Source: Spirochaetia bacterium (GTDB taxonomy: Bacteria > Bacillota > Desulfotomaculia > Desulfotomaculales > JAJYZD01). Taken from it: a DNA stretch of 64,000 nucleotides. The position numbers and the translations under genes are program-made. The stretch is taken from the NCBI GenBank assembly GCA_035530395.1, contig DATKUX010000146.1, forward strand, positions 273-64,272, written 5' to 3'. This document shows positions 42,684 to 53,110 of the stretch, one piece after another; the first letter of the stretch is position 1; each line of letters starts with the position of its first letter. The notes under the pieces are model-generated. The model saw nothing but the letters and a program-made list of their open reading frames with translations. It had not been told where the DNA came from and searched no databases.

Positions 42684-43040
42684 TTTCTTCAAGCGGAACA
42701 AGGCCCGTCGCCCCTTCCGGCACAAATTGTTCTAGAGGTATTATGGAGGGTTTGGAGCGGAAATATCACGAGCGGAAAAGAGCCCCGGAACGGACGCCGA
42801 CGACACGGGAAGCCGGCGGAGTGTACGAAACTGGCAAACCCGGACATGGCAACCTGATGACCCAGCCGGTGATGTCGCTACCGGTTGGCCGTTTTTTGAC
42901 AGAAACCGCCAGGAAGTCCCGTTTCATAGGTGATGAAAGGCGGCAAATATGTAAGAAAATGCTTGCAAGTCCGCGGGCTTTTTGTTAGGATGGATTACAG
43001 GAAGAGTTCCTGCAACGTCTGGCCGAAAGGAGGCTTTGCC

Positions 43041-43307
43041 ATGACCTGGGAGGATGCAAAAAGGATTCTTCCCAATCAGTGGTTGATTATTGAACCGATT
43101 CAAGCACACACCGAGGGCAATAAGACGATCCTAGATGACATAACAGTTGTTGACGCTTTTCAAGAGGAGAATAGCAAGAATGCTTTGTTGCAGTATGTCA
43201 AGCTTCACAGAAAACACAGGGAACGGGAATTGCTTGTCGTCCACACTTCCCGACCTGAGCTTGACATTATTGACAAAGGGTGGATTGCGGTGAGGCCAGC
43301 TCTATGA
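43041..43307 (+). CDS. Small hypothetical protein (88 aa) paired with a retropepsin-like gene
   Basis: Strong RBS AAAGGAGG before ATG 43041. ATGA overlap with the next ORF. Low-GC islet. Confidence 0.55.
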   Translation: MTWEDAKRILPNQWLIIEPIQAHTEGNKTILDDITVVDAFQEENSKNALLQYVKLHRKHRERELLVVHTSRPELDIIDKGWIAVRPAL

Positions 43308-43513
43308 ACATACAATCGCGTCACGGGCTACCTTTTACTGAAGTTATGCTTTTACACAAAGGAAAGTCAGTCCTTTTGAAAAATTTCTTAATTGACACCG
43401 GCTCTACATCCACCTTGATATCTGCTGATGTTGCCACTAAGTTAGACCTAGAACCAAAGTCTAATGATATCATAACAAAAAGTCGTGGCGTGGGTCGCGT
43501 TGAATACGTCTAG
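43304..43513 (+). pseudogene. Retropepsin-like (clan AA) aspartic protease, apparently 3'-truncated
   Basis: Catalytic FLIDTGSTSTLIS (D-T/S-G) motif. Only 69 codons before the stop, which is much shorter than I would expect for this family. Confidence 0.5.
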
Positions 43514-43735
43514 ATTTGGGGGAAATGGCCATAGGATAACACCACCTATTTTCAAGGACAGATGGGGCGTGAAACCACAAAGCCGCAATCTCACATCTAA
43601 ACCGGCCACCACCGTACAGATGTTCTTTCTGAAGCTATTAACAGACCCGTAATTCACCCGCTTTACATCACCGCCACTAGGACGCATCACAGATGAAGAA
43701 GGTTATAACTGACCATATTCCTCTCCGGTCATCCC

Positions 43736-43936
43736 TTAGGAAGTTGTCGAACCTCTCAGAGTGTACAAAGCCTCCCCGCAACTCAGGATCCTCACATCAT
43801 CACCGTCGATTTCAAATGACAATTCGTCACCCTCATTGATGCCCAGAGCTTTGCGAATCTCGGAAGGCATGGTAACCGGGCCCTTGGTCGTCACCGTTAC
43901 GGAACCAGTATTTGCCAATTTCCCGGCGTCTTGCAT
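43736..43936 (-). CDS. AbrB/MazE/SpoVT-family DNA-binding protein (antitoxin-like)
   Basis: SVTVTTKGPVTMPSEIRKALGINEGDELSFEIDGDDV is a SpoVT-AbrB swapped-hairpin signature. AAGGAGG RBS before ATG 43936. Confidence 0.75.
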   Translation of the reverse strand: MQDAGKLANTGSVTVTTKGPVTMPSEIRKALGINEGDELSFEIDGDDVRILSCGEALYTLRGSTTS

Positions 43937-44146
43937 GGGGAAAACCTCCTTGCTTCCTTTACGTCTACCAGTGGTATTATGCCGGATTACCAACGGTGGA
44001 AATCATCTTCCGGGCAAGCAAAACTTGGCATAGCATGTCATCGATCTGGAGGAATTATCCAGGAACAGGAAACGAGGGAAGCCTCCCGTATCCCGGGAGA
44101 TCTTCCCTCTTGTAAAATCCTTGCGTACCCTGCTGCGACCGGGGAC

Positions 44147-45286
44147 TTAAGCCGTGTGCATCATATCCACGTCCAGCAGTTCGTGCAGGGCTGTGTAGGG
44201 CAGGCGCAAAGCTTCGGCCACGGCCTTGTAGGTAACCTGGCCGTCGTAGACGTTCACGCCGCGGGCCAGAGAAATATCTTCCTTGACCGCCTGGGCCAAG
44301 CCCTTGTTAGCCAGCGCCAGGGCATAGGGCAGAGTGACATTGGTCAGGGCAAAAGTCGAGGTTCGGGCTACCGCGCCCGGAATGTTGGCTACCGCGTAGT
44401 GGACCACCCCGTACTTGACATAAGTGGGATCGGTGTGGGTGGTAACCCGGTCGGCCGTTTCCACACAACCGCCCTGGTCGATGGCCACGTCCACGATCAC
44501 GGAACCGGGCTTCATTCCCCGGACCATCTCCTCCGTCACCAGCCGGGGAGCCCTGGCGCCGGGAACCAGCACGGCTCCGATAACCAGGTCGGCTTCCTGC
44601 ACCGCTTCCTTGATGTGGTAGCTGTTGGAGATGTAAGTTTTGACCCGGGCGCCGAAAATGTCGTCCAGGTAGCGCAGCCGGTCGGCGTTGTTGTCCAGAA
44701 TCAGCACCTCGGCCCCCATGCCCACGGCCACCTTGGCCGCGTTAGTGCCCACGGTACCGCCGCCGACGATGGCCACCTTGCCGGGGAGCACGCCGGGCAC
44801 CCCGCCCAGTAGCACGCCCCGGCCGCCATACTGTTTCTCCAGGAACTGGGCCCCAATCTGGATGGACATGCGGCCGGCCACTTCACTCATGGGCATCAGC
44901 AGGGGCAGGGCGCCCCGGTCGGTCTGGATGGTTTCATAGGCCACGCCGGCCACTTTCCTGTTTAACAAGGCGCGGGTCAGCTCCGGTTCCGGAGCCAGGT
45001 GCAGGTAGGTAAACAACAGTTGACCTACCTTGAATAGGTCGTATTCCGCCGCCAGGGGCTCCTTGACCTTCATGATCAGGTCCGCCTGCGCGTAAACGTG
45101 TTCGTGAGCGGACACCATGCGCGCCCCGGCCCCGGTGTAATCCGCATCGCTGATCCCGCTGCCGGTGCCGGCGCCTGCCTCGACCACCACCTGGTGGCCC
45201 GCCTTAAGGAAAGCCTCCACGCCGGCCGGAGTGATACCCACCCGGTACTCGTTGTCCTTGATCTCTCCGGGAACCCCGATAATCAT
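44147..45286 (-). CDS. ald: Alanine dehydrogenase
   Basis: [21 protein letters not shown]-terminus and NAD motif [14 protein letters not shown]. Confidence 0.93.
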   Translation of the reverse strand: MIIGVPGEIKDNEYRVGITPAGVEAFLKAGHQVVVEAGAGTGSGISDADYTGAGARMVSAHEHVYAQADLIMKVKEPLAAEYDLFKVGQLLFTYLHLAPEPELTRALLNRKVAGVAYETIQTDRGALPLLMPMSEVAGRMSIQIGAQFLEKQYGGRGVLLGGVPGVLPGKVAIVGGGTVGTNAAKVAVGMGAEVLILDNNADRLRYLDDIFGARVKTYISNSYHIKEAVQEADLVIGAVLVPGARAPRLVTEEMVRGMKPGSVIVDVAIDQGGCVETADRVTTHTDPTYVKYGVVHYAVANIPGAVARTSTFALTNVTLPYALALANKGLAQAVKEDISLARGVNVYDGQVTYKAVAEALRLPYTALHELLDVDMMHTA

Positions 45287-45622
45287 CTTTCGCGCACCAC
45301 CTTTTAAATTTACCAATCTTCTCCTAGAAATCATCGCCCCAAACCAGGGATACGGCTTGATGCCTCAAGGTGGGTGGGGAAATACCCTTCTCATTCCTTA
45401 TGTATGACCCATGCGAGAGAATTTCTCTAACTTCCTCGACATTCCTTGACACGCCTTTTACCGGTAATTACAAATAACCCACTCCTGTTCCCTCCCTCCA
45501 GGGAACTGCCATAGTATTTGCACCCGCCATATAACTATTTTTACCTTTTTATCTTAGAAAACCTTTATGTATCCTCCCTGCGCAGATTTGTTATAATTAG
45601 TTTGGGAACGGGGGCAGACATA

Positions 45623-46861
45623 ATGCGCCAGGGCAAGGAAGGCCTCTTGCATTTAATTGAAAAAGACGTACTGCTAAAAATCATCGAAAACTTTACCAGG
45701 GCAACGGACATAACCATCGACATCAACGATGTCCAGGGCTACCCCTTGGTAGAACACGACTTCTTTCATGGTTTTTGTCACAGCATCCGCTCCACCCCGA
45801 AGGGATTGAAAAGGTGCATCCGGTCCAACGCCGAAGTGGGTTTCAAGACGGCCACCACCGGTGAAGTCTGCTATGGAACCTGCCATGCCGGCATCCTGCT
45901 GATGGCCGTACCGCTGGTTGTGGAGAACCGGTTCCTGGGCTCCATCACCTGCGGCCAGATGCGGCTGACCCCTCCCGGGGAGGGAGATGTCAGGAAGATG
46001 TTGCGCACCACCGCCGATCTGGGGCTGGACAGGGAGCACTTAACCGATACTTACCGGCAAATTCTGGTTCTGACGGCAGACAAGTGCCAGGCTGCTTCCC
46101 GCCTCATCGAGTACGTTTTGAATTACATTACCGACCTGATTTACCGGGCCAAGGTCCAGGAACAAAAAACCCGGGAAAAGCTGTTCAGTATGCGGGAAGC
46201 CAAAACCAGGGCCGAGCTGGAAAACAGCCTGCGCATGGCCCAGTTGAAAAACCTGCAGGCCCAGATTAAGCCACATTTTCTTTTCAACACCCTGAGCACC
46301 ATTACCAGCCTTGTGACCTTGCACGAAAACGACCGGGCCCTGGAAACCCTTTACGCCCTATCCAACCTGTTGCGGTACAACGTCCAGCATCCGGCGGAAC
46401 TGGTGCCGCTGCAACAGGAACTGAAATATGTGCGGAGCTATCTGACCATCCAGCAGACCCGCTTTGGCGACCGACTGCAAGCCAGGATCGATGTAGATGA
46501 AGCCTTGCTCGACCTGCCGGTGCCTTTCCTGAGCCTGCAGCCCCTGGTGGAAAACGCCTGTATCCACGGACTGGAACCGAAGGAGGGAACGGGCCACCTG
46601 CTGATTACCGCCCGGTCCGGGGATGGTCTCGCGGTGATTGAGGTGGTGGACGACGGAATCGGCATTTCACCCGCCAACATTTCGGCCCTGCGCCGCGGTC
46701 TGAGACACCCGGCCGGACCGGAAGCTCTGGAACGCGGCATCGGCCTCTACAACGTGGATGAGAGGCTCCGGCTCCACTTCGGCCCGGAATTCGGCCTGGT
46801 TCTGGCGAGCCGGCCGGGCGAAACCCGGGTGAGCGTAATGCTCCCCCGGAATGAATTGTGA
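45623..46861 (+). CDS. Cytoplasmic sensor histidine kinase with PocR sensory domain (YesM-like)
   Basis: PocR domain (FCHSIRSTPKGLKRCIRSN...CHAGIL), His_kinase region (QIKPHFLFNTL) and HATPase. No TM segments. Confidence 0.82.
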   Translation: MRQGKEGLLHLIEKDVLLKIIENFTRATDITIDINDVQGYPLVEHDFFHGFCHSIRSTPKGLKRCIRSNAEVGFKTATTGEVCYGTCHAGILLMAVPLVVENRFLGSITCGQMRLTPPGEGDVRKMLRTTADLGLDREHLTDTYRQILVLTADKCQAASRLIEYVLNYITDLIYRAKVQEQKTREKLFSMREAKTRAELENSLRMAQLKNLQAQIKPHFLFNTLSTITSLVTLHENDRALETLYALSNLLRYNVQHPAELVPLQQELKYVRSYLTIQQTRFGDRLQARIDVDEALLDLPVPFLSLQPLVENACIHGLEPKEGTGHLLITARSGDGLAVIEVVDDGIGISPANISALRRGLRHPAGPEALERGIGLYNVDERLRLHFGPEFGLVLASRPGETRVSVMLPRNEL

Positions 46862-47952
46862 GGGATTATCCGGTGTACAAGATACTCCTGGTGGAAGACG
46901 AGGAACTGGAACGCCAATTCCTGCGCCATCTGGTGCAAACCTGCGGATGCCCCGTAGAGGTCGCCGGTGAAGCCAAAAGCGGCAAGGAAGCGGTGGAGAT
47001 GGCCGCGGATGTCCACCCGGACATTATCCTGATGGACATTCGCATGCCCGGCTTGGACGGATTAGAGGCTACCCGGCTGATCAAGGCGCGTCAGCCCGCC
47101 GTGGAAGTGATCATTCTCACCGCCCACGGCACCTTCTCCTACTCCCAACAGGCCATCAAAAGCAAGGTGGCTGACTACCTTTTGAAACCGGTCCAGCCGG
47201 AAGAACTAGCCGAAGCCCTGGACCGGGTCATCGCCGGACTGGAGGCGCAGACGCCGGGGGTGGAGCGTTTTCTGGCCACTGCCCCGCCTTTAAACGCGGC
47301 CGCCACCGACCTGGTCAAGGCCATCCGTTATTGTGATCCCGCTGCCGCCCGCCAAGCTGTGGCGGGACTGCTTTCAGGTTTTTTAAGGGAAACGGAGCGC
47401 CCGGAAAAGGAACAACTGGCCGCCCTGGCCTTCGAAATGCTGGTCACGGCGGGTCAGGGTCTGCTGGCCGGCGGCGCGGGCGAGGTGGCGCTGTCCTCGC
47501 AACAAAGCGATCTGGCCCGGGAAATAAGGGACATCGGCACCGTCTCCGGGTTGACCGCCTGGGCGGAAAGGATGTATACCGCCCATATCCGCTGGATCCG
47601 GGATCACCGCGCTACCGGCGACCAGGCGGTCATCGGCCAGGTCAAAGAATACCTGCGCCGGCACTACCGCGAGGAGATAACCCTGGCCCGGGCAGCCGGC
47701 TCCGTCCATCTCAACCCGGCCTACCTGAGCCGCCTGTTCAAACAAAAGAGCGGCCAAAGCTTTGTGGCGTACTTGACCCTGTTACGTTTGGAGAATGCCA
47801 AGGAACTGCTGCTCTCCTCGGACCGGACCATCGACCAGATTGCGGCCGACGTGGGATTCAGGAACAACAGTTACTTCACTACCGTATTCCGGAAGCGGGA
47901 AGGCATCACGCCTTCCGAATTCCGCTCCCGCCCCTTGTCGGAGCGGACCTAA
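46858..47952 (+). CDS. Response regulator, CheY receiver + AraC-type HTH (YesN-like)
   Basis: ILLVEDEELE...DIILMDIRMPGLDGLE receiver and a C-terminal AraC HTH (IDQIAADVGFRNNSYFTTVFRKREGITPSEFR). Confidence 0.9.
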   Translation: MRDYPVYKILLVEDEELERQFLRHLVQTCGCPVEVAGEAKSGKEAVEMAADVHPDIILMDIRMPGLDGLEATRLIKARQPAVEVIILTAHGTFSYSQQAIKSKVADYLLKPVQPEELAEALDRVIAGLEAQTPGVERFLATAPPLNAAATDLVKAIRYCDPAAARQAVAGLLSGFLRETERPEKEQLAALAFEMLVTAGQGLLAGGAGEVALSSQQSDLAREIRDIGTVSGLTAWAERMYTAHIRWIRDHRATGDQAVIGQVKEYLRRHYREEITLARAAGSVHLNPAYLSRLFKQKSGQSFVAYLTLLRLENAKELLLSSDRTIDQIAADVGFRNNSYFTTVFRKREGITPSEFRSRPLSERT

Positions 47953-48019
47953 TTAGGGCATGTCCCCCTCCCTTCCGGCATATATTGCCTCAAAGCCGGT
48001 AAAGGGGGCAATAGCCGTA

Positions 48020-48310
48020 ATGTGGCAGGAACTTACCAAGTTGTTTCAGGAGATCCGGGACCGGATGCCGGTGAACCCTCCACCCAGGCAGGACCCACCG
48101 CTCCTGCGGGAATTGTGGCAGGCCCACGAGCAGCTCCACTGTCTGGAAAACCAGCTTAATCATGTGGACCGGGACATGGTGGAATATATCATCTTCCGGA
48201 TCAACGCGGCCGAGCGCCTGTGCACCGCGCTGTGGCAGGTGGCGCGGCGGGAGAACCTGACAGCCTGGGGTGAGCTGCCTAACCCGGTGTTCAAAGTTGT
48301 TGAGTGTTGA
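48020..48310 (+). CDS. DUF2508 (YaaL-like) small protein
   Basis: The pattern DMVEYIIFRINAAERLCTALWQVARRENL resembles the YaaL family. GGGGG RBS before ATG 48020. Confidence 0.55.
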   Translation: MWQELTKLFQEIRDRMPVNPPPRQDPPLLRELWQAHEQLHCLENQLNHVDRDMVEYIIFRINAAERLCTALWQVARRENLTAWGELPNPVFKVVEC

Positions 48311-48451
48311 GAAGGCCAAAGCAAACCGGGCCTGAAGCCGAAAGAACCAGGGAGGATCCGGACACTCCCGGACAATGATGACAAAACCTTAACTTTCCCC
48401 CCGGCCCCGTCTTGCGGTATAATTTACAGCACGCAAAGGACGGGAAGGGCG

Positions 48452-49030
48452 GTGGGCGCAGGCTTGTTCTTTGAGATGATTGCCCCCTTTTACGACGCTT
48501 TCATGAAAAAGGCCGGACTTGACCTTTCGGTCAAACTGGCCGAAATTATCGCTCCCGGGCCGGGGATGTCCGTGCTGGACCTGGGGGGCGGCACCGGCTT
48601 GAACGACGCCCTGCTGGCGGAAAAGGGCGCCGCGGTAACCATCCTGGACCGTTCGGAAGCCATGCTGAGCAGGGCGAGGCAAAAGAACCTGCCCGTCCAC
48701 CTGGTGCTGGGCAGTGCCGAGCAAATGCCTTTTGAGGACGCCTCCTTCGACGTGGTGCTGATCTCCGATGCCTGGCACCATTTCCAGGCCCAGGAGGAAG
48801 TGGCCCGGGAGGTGCATCGGGTTCTCAAACCGGGCGGTCGCGTCGTCGTTGTCGAGTTCGACCCGCGCCAGCCAAAGATCCGCATCGTAGCCGCCCTGGA
48901 GAGGATGGTTTTGGAACCGTCCACCTTCCAGGCGCCGGAGCGGCTGGCCGCCACCTTCGCCGGAGCCGGGATCAAAGGGGAGATAAAGGCCATCTCCCCC
49001 ACCCAGTACGTCTTTACCGGCGTCCGGTAG
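48452..49030 (+). CDS. Class I SAM-dependent methyltransferase
   Basis: Motif I VLDLGGGTG and post-I/II motifs. UbiE/Methyltransf_11-like. Confidence 0.85.
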   Translation: MGAGLFFEMIAPFYDAFMKKAGLDLSVKLAEIIAPGPGMSVLDLGGGTGLNDALLAEKGAAVTILDRSEAMLSRARQKNLPVHLVLGSAEQMPFEDASFDVVLISDAWHHFQAQEEVAREVHRVLKPGGRVVVVEFDPRQPKIRIVAALERMVLEPSTFQAPERLAATFAGAGIKGEIKAISPTQYVFTGVR

Positions 49031-49108
49031 GCAGAAGTTTTTTACGGAGTTGCAAGTCGTGTTTTTCACCGGTACATTGGCGAGAGATTGTAAAGGGGGA
49101 GAATCGGT

Positions 49109-49267
49109 ATGTACGATGCCGGCAAAGTCATGGCCGTTCCGCCGGAAATGGTCACGATTAAAGCCCTTGCCGATTCCGTCCAAATGGGCATGGCCGAGAA
49201 CGGCATGGATTTGGAGGAATTGCTAGCCGGATTAAGGGACGGTTGCAACGACTATGATACGGATTAG
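49109..49267 (+). CDS. Unlisted small ORF (52 aa) with strong RBS
   Basis: AAGGGGGAGAATCGGT-ATG. MYDAGKVMAVPPEMVTIKALADSVQMGMAENGMDLEELLAGLRDGCNDYDTD. It is below the ORF-track size cutoff and fills an otherwise empty gap. Confidence 0.4.
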   Translation: MYDAGKVMAVPPEMVTIKALADSVQMGMAENGMDLEELLAGLRDGCNDYDTD

Positions 49268-49301
49268 GGTTACTGGATGGCTTCGCGGCCCCGTAGCCAG
49301 G

Positions 49302-49601
49302 TCAGATTTCGTAGTCGATGACCAGCCACGAGTCCATGGTCTCGCGTAAGAGTTTCAGCACGGCCTGGTGCTCGGGATGCTTAATGTAGTTACTCAGGGA
49401 TTCTTTGTCGGCAAACGTTGCCGCCAGCCCTACGTCATACCCCAAACTGCGCGCAGGATCAGAGATAAAACTGATTCCGGCGGAAAGGCTGAGTACACCC
49501 GGAACGCTCTTTGCCAAGGCATTCAGTTTGCTGACAACTTCGGCCAGCCTCTCTTCCGCTAGCCCCGGTAAAAACTTAAATGCAACTATGTGTTGGATCA
49601 T
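49302..49601 (-). CDS. Dabb (stress-responsive alpha/beta barrel) domain protein
   Basis: MIQHIVAFKF... 99 aa, typical Dabb length and N-terminus. Confidence 0.8.
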   Translation of the reverse strand: MIQHIVAFKFLPGLAEERLAEVVSKLNALAKSVPGVLSLSAGISFISDPARSLGYDVGLAATFADKESLSNYIKHPEHQAVLKLLRETMDSWLVIDYEI

Positions 49602-49657
49602 GGATCAGAACCATTCCCTTCTCTGCCAATTTAGCCTGGTAAACGTCTGTTCCGGCA

Positions 49658-50287
49658 TTAAACCGGCGTGTTCCCCTTCACCGCATCGTAGCGTTCCTTT
49701 ACCTTCTGGAAGTCCTCCCACACCGGCTTCTTCCAGCCGGGGTTCCGTAAGAGGGCCGCCGGATGGTAGGTGGGCATTACGGCGATACCGCTCTTTGTGG
49801 TCAGCCAGTTTCCCCGGGCGGCCGTGATGCCGCTGGTCCCCCCGATCAGATATTTGAAGGCGGAGGCCCCCAGAAGTACGATGATGGCGGGCCGCAGGGT
49901 TTCCACCTGTTGGAAGAGCCAGGGCAGGCAGGCCGCCGCCTCGGCCGGCGAGGGCACCCGGTTGCCCGGCGGCCGGCATTTGACCACGTTGGCGATGTAG
50001 ACTTCCTCCCGGGTAATATCCACCGCAGCCAGAATGCGGTCCAAGAGCTGGCCGGCCGCTCCCACAAAGGGCCGGCCCAGCCGGTCCTCATCCGCCCCGG
50101 GCCCCTCGCCGATCAGCATCAGCCTGGCTGCCTCGTTCCCCTCGCCGAAGACGATCTGCTGCCGTCCCCCGGCCAGGCCACAGGCCTGGCAGTTGTTCAT
50201 CTCCTGTTTAATGTCTTCCAGTGTCAAAAAAATCACCCCGGGATATCTTTCTCCCCGGGGTGCCGTGCTTCCTGCCGTTGTTCCCAC
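49658..50287 (-). CDS. Family 4 uracil-DNA glycosylase
   Basis: GEGPGADEDRLGRPFVGAAGQLL and HPAALLRNP motifs with an Fe-S Cys pattern. The start may be internal to the ORF. Confidence 0.88.
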   Translation of the reverse strand: MGTTAGSTAPRGERYPGVIFLTLEDIKQEMNNCQACGLAGGRQQIVFGEGNEAARLMLIGEGPGADEDRLGRPFVGAAGQLLDRILAAVDITREEVYIANVVKCRPPGNRVPSPAEAAACLPWLFQQVETLRPAIIVLLGASAFKYLIGGTSGITAARGNWLTTKSGIAVMPTYHPAALLRNPGWKKPVWEDFQKVKERYDAVKGNTPV

Positions 50288-50308
50288 TACCGTTACCGGC
50301 GGATTATC

Positions 50309-50503
50309 TTAATTCTGGTCTTCCTCCAGCACGATGCGGTGATCCACCAGGGCCAGTTCCAGAATCCGGCCCTTTAAAACCTTCCGCCGGCCAAAAATGT
50401 CCTCCAGGACCAGGCCTTCGGGCTGCGGTACTACCTTATCCACCATCTCGAGATACAGTTCGTCCTTGTCCCCGCGCCGCAGGTAGGCATTAGCCTCACA
50501 CAT
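50309..50503 (-). CDS. cooT: CooT-family nickel-binding protein
   Basis: 64 aa beginning MCEANAY (conserved Cys2). Length and beta-rich pattern are like CooT. Confidence 0.65.
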   Translation of the reverse strand: MCEANAYLRRGDKDELYLEMVDKVVPQPEGLVLEDIFGRRKVLKGRILELALVDHRIVLEEDQN

Positions 50504-50548
50504 CTAAATCACCCCCGGAATTTAGGAAAGAATAGTTCCCTTCCTCGA

Positions 50549-51754
50549 TTATATCCTTTTCCTCCGCCAAGTCAACCACCGGTAAAATCCAGTCCGGCCC
50601 GGGGTTCCCGTCTCCAGGGTGGGTTCGTCCCCCGGCTCCGGTACCGTCACCAGCCCCGGGGACGGCCCCACCGGGATTATGATGCCCCGGTGAAACTGAC
50701 GATCCCGGAAAAAGACGATGTCTAACGGAGCGGCTTTAGCGACCGCCGCCAGGAGTTCCCGCCGGGAGTTCACCACCTGCTCCCCGGCCTCGGCGATGAC
50801 GTCCCCGGCCCGCACGCCGGCCCGCCAGAAGGGGGAACCGGGCCAGACGTCCAGAACCCGCACCCCGCGCGCGGGACGCGCGTAGTAGGTCGGACCGCCA
50901 TACTCCAACCGGCTGCCCAGGTGGATAACCCCCTCGTGGCCGAGGGGAGCAAACAGGGCGGCCACCCAAAGGAGGAAGGGTTCCCAGCGGGATAACACCG
51001 CCAGGGCCAGGAGAATCAGACTGTAGAGGAACAGCACGGCGAACTGCTGCCGGCTTTTCTGTTCCGGCGCTCTCGCCAGGGCCAGATCGCCGTAACCCAG
51101 GGCGGCTACGACAGGTATGAGACCGTAGGCCAGCGCCGGACCCGCTCCCAAAAGGGGCCACCAGCCCGGCATGGAAAGGCCGGATACCGGGGCCTGCAGG
51201 GCCACCAGGGCCACCACCGGCAGCGGCCAGAACTTCTGCAGGACAAAGCCGCCCACCACCTCTCCCCGGGATGAGCGGACATAGGTGGGCACAGCCCCCC
51301 GGTGGCCGCTCACCAGGATCAGGAGGCTTTCCACCAGGTGCAGTACCGCTACCAGGGCCATCAACTGGGCCACGTCGAGGGCCGGCCAGCCAAAGAGGAG
51401 GTTGGCCAGGGCCAGGATGCCCCCGGCATAGGAAAAGCACAGGAAGCGGGCGTTGATAAACATGAGGAGGATGGCCAGCGGCCAGAGGTAGGCCAGGGAG
51501 GACGCCGACAGGGTCACTCCGGCCAGCACCATGACCAGACTGCCGAAGAGCCCCCCGCCAAGACCCCAGACCGTGGCCTTGAGGGTCTCCACCAGGAAGG
51601 CGCCCGGCCGCCTGAGACCGAAGGTTTTTTGGCGCAACCCTTCCACCCGCCGGTACAAAAAGGCCACCAGGACGACCACCAGCCAGAAAACGGGATCGGC
51701 CGGCAGTTGTCCGATAGTGGCCAGGGTCATAGCGAGAATAGTTGCCCAGTCCAT
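50549..51754 (-). CDS. Polytopic membrane protein with C-terminal PDZ domain
   Basis: About 8 hydrophobic segments, then a PDZ-like GVRVLDVWPGSPFWRAGVRAGDVIAEAGEQVV. No HExxH. Confidence 0.7.
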   Translation of the reverse strand: MDWATILAMTLATIGQLPADPVFWLVVVLVAFLYRRVEGLRQKTFGLRRPGAFLVETLKATVWGLGGGLFGSLVMVLAGVTLSASSLAYLWPLAILLMFINARFLCFSYAGGILALANLLFGWPALDVAQLMALVAVLHLVESLLILVSGHRGAVPTYVRSSRGEVVGGFVLQKFWPLPVVALVALQAPVSGLSMPGWWPLLGAGPALAYGLIPVVAALGYGDLALARAPEQKSRQQFAVLFLYSLILLALAVLSRWEPFLLWVAALFAPLGHEGVIHLGSRLEYGGPTYYARPARGVRVLDVWPGSPFWRAGVRAGDVIAEAGEQVVNSRRELLAAVAKAAPLDIVFFRDRQFHRGIIIPVGPSPGLVTVPEPGDEPTLETGTPGRTGFYRWLTWRRKRI

Positions 51755-51760
51755 GGGCGC

Positions 51761-52936
51761 CTAAGCCGCGTTGACCTTAACTTTTTCCAGCATGATCTTC
51801 AGGGCGGCGTCCAGTTGCAGGTCGGGCTTGTTGCTCTCCGGATTGGCCACCACGACGTTGGGCTCTATGCCCTTGTGCTGGATGTCGTGTTTGGCCGGCG
51901 TCAGGTAACGGGCGGTCGTCAGCTTGAGGCCGGCGCCGCCGGAAAGCGGGTACACGGTCTGGACCACGCCTTTGCCGAAGGTCTTGGTGCCGACCAGGAT
52001 GCCCACCCCGGTATCCTGGATGGCCCCGGAAAGAATCTCGGCGGCGCTGGCCGTGTTGCCGTTCACCAGCACCACCACGGGCACGTTGATCAGCCGGTCC
52101 TCGGTCTGCGTCAAAACGTCTTGCCCGAAATTGGACTGGATATAGACCACCGGGCTGCCCTTGGGCAGGAAAAAGCGGGCCACGTTCACGGACGACTGCA
52201 GTTCCCCGCCGGGATTGTCCCGGAGATCCAGAATGAGTCCCTGCAGCCCCTGGCTCAGCAACGACATCAGTTGGGCCTTCATCTCATCCGGGGTATTCTC
52301 GCTGAACTGGGAGATCGCCACGTAGCCGATCCCGGGGGCGATCATCCGGCTGGCCACCGTCGGCACGCTGATCTGCTGGCGTACCATGGCCACCGAATGT
52401 ATGGCGCCGGTGGGCCCGCCCCTGGCCACGGTCAGGGTGACCTTGGAACCTACCGGTCCCCGCAGCAGGCCTACCGCCGTTTCCAGATCCATGCCCTTGG
52501 TGTCCCGGGAATCAATCTTGAGGATGGCGTCGTTGGAACCGATGCCCGCCTGCTGGGCGGGAGTTCCCTTAATCGTGCTCTTTACCGTAAGGTAACTGTT
52601 CTGCTGGTTAATGGTCACCACCATACCCAGGCCGGCAAAGGACCCCTGAATCTGCTGCTGCAGCTGGTTGAAGCTGGTCGGGGTCATGTAAACGGAATAA
52701 GGATCGTTGAGGGAGTCGACCATACCGCTGATGGCCCCTTCCATCATCTGACCCACTGATACCTTGTAGATGCCCTGACTGCGAACCATAGCCACGACTT
52801 TGACCAGGTTGCCAAGGTTGTCGAAGTTGCTGGCCATGGCCCAGCCAGTTCCCACGGCCAGTAGCAGTACCAGCACTCCGATGGCGATCAGTACCCTGCC
52901 CGCCGTGATAAAGGAGCCCGTCTTCTTAGGTTCCAC
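51761..52936 (-). CDS. ctpA: Carboxy-terminal processing protease (S41A)
   Basis: PDZ + S41 catalytic motifs (LDLRDNPGGEL; NGNTASAAEILSGA...KTFGKG). Confidence 0.92.
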   Translation of the reverse strand: MEPKKTGSFITAGRVLIAIGVLVLLLAVGTGWAMASNFDNLGNLVKVVAMVRSQGIYKVSVGQMMEGAISGMVDSLNDPYSVYMTPTSFNQLQQQIQGSFAGLGMVVTINQQNSYLTVKSTIKGTPAQQAGIGSNDAILKIDSRDTKGMDLETAVGLLRGPVGSKVTLTVARGGPTGAIHSVAMVRQQISVPTVASRMIAPGIGYVAISQFSENTPDEMKAQLMSLLSQGLQGLILDLRDNPGGELQSSVNVARFFLPKGSPVVYIQSNFGQDVLTQTEDRLINVPVVVLVNGNTASAAEILSGAIQDTGVGILVGTKTFGKGVVQTVYPLSGGAGLKLTTARYLTPAKHDIQHKGIEPNVVVANPESNKPDLQLDAALKIMLEKVKVNAA

Positions 52937-53110
52937 TTGGCGACCTTCCTTCCCGCTACTCCGGCCTCAATAATGGTCCAAAGCGCTCCCTGACAGATAT
53001 TTACCCCGGTTTTGCCGGGGTAAAGGCAACTAAGGCATACCCAGCCTTATCGGTACCGGTCTGCCTTAATATACTACAACACAGTGGGAGAAATTACAAC
53101 CTGTCCGGAG

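Noticed and set aside
42861-42896. Plus-strand hairpin CCAGCCGGT...ACCGGTTGG followed by a T6 run, which looks like a terminator.
   Set aside because: No plus-strand gene ends upstream of it. It lies in a divergent promoter region, so its function is undetermined and I did not call it.
45506-45522. Sigma-54-like promoter CTGCCATAGTATTTGCA upstream of the PocR kinase gene.
   Set aside because: The -24 element has GC instead of the invariant GG, and no enhancer-binding protein gene is adjacent.
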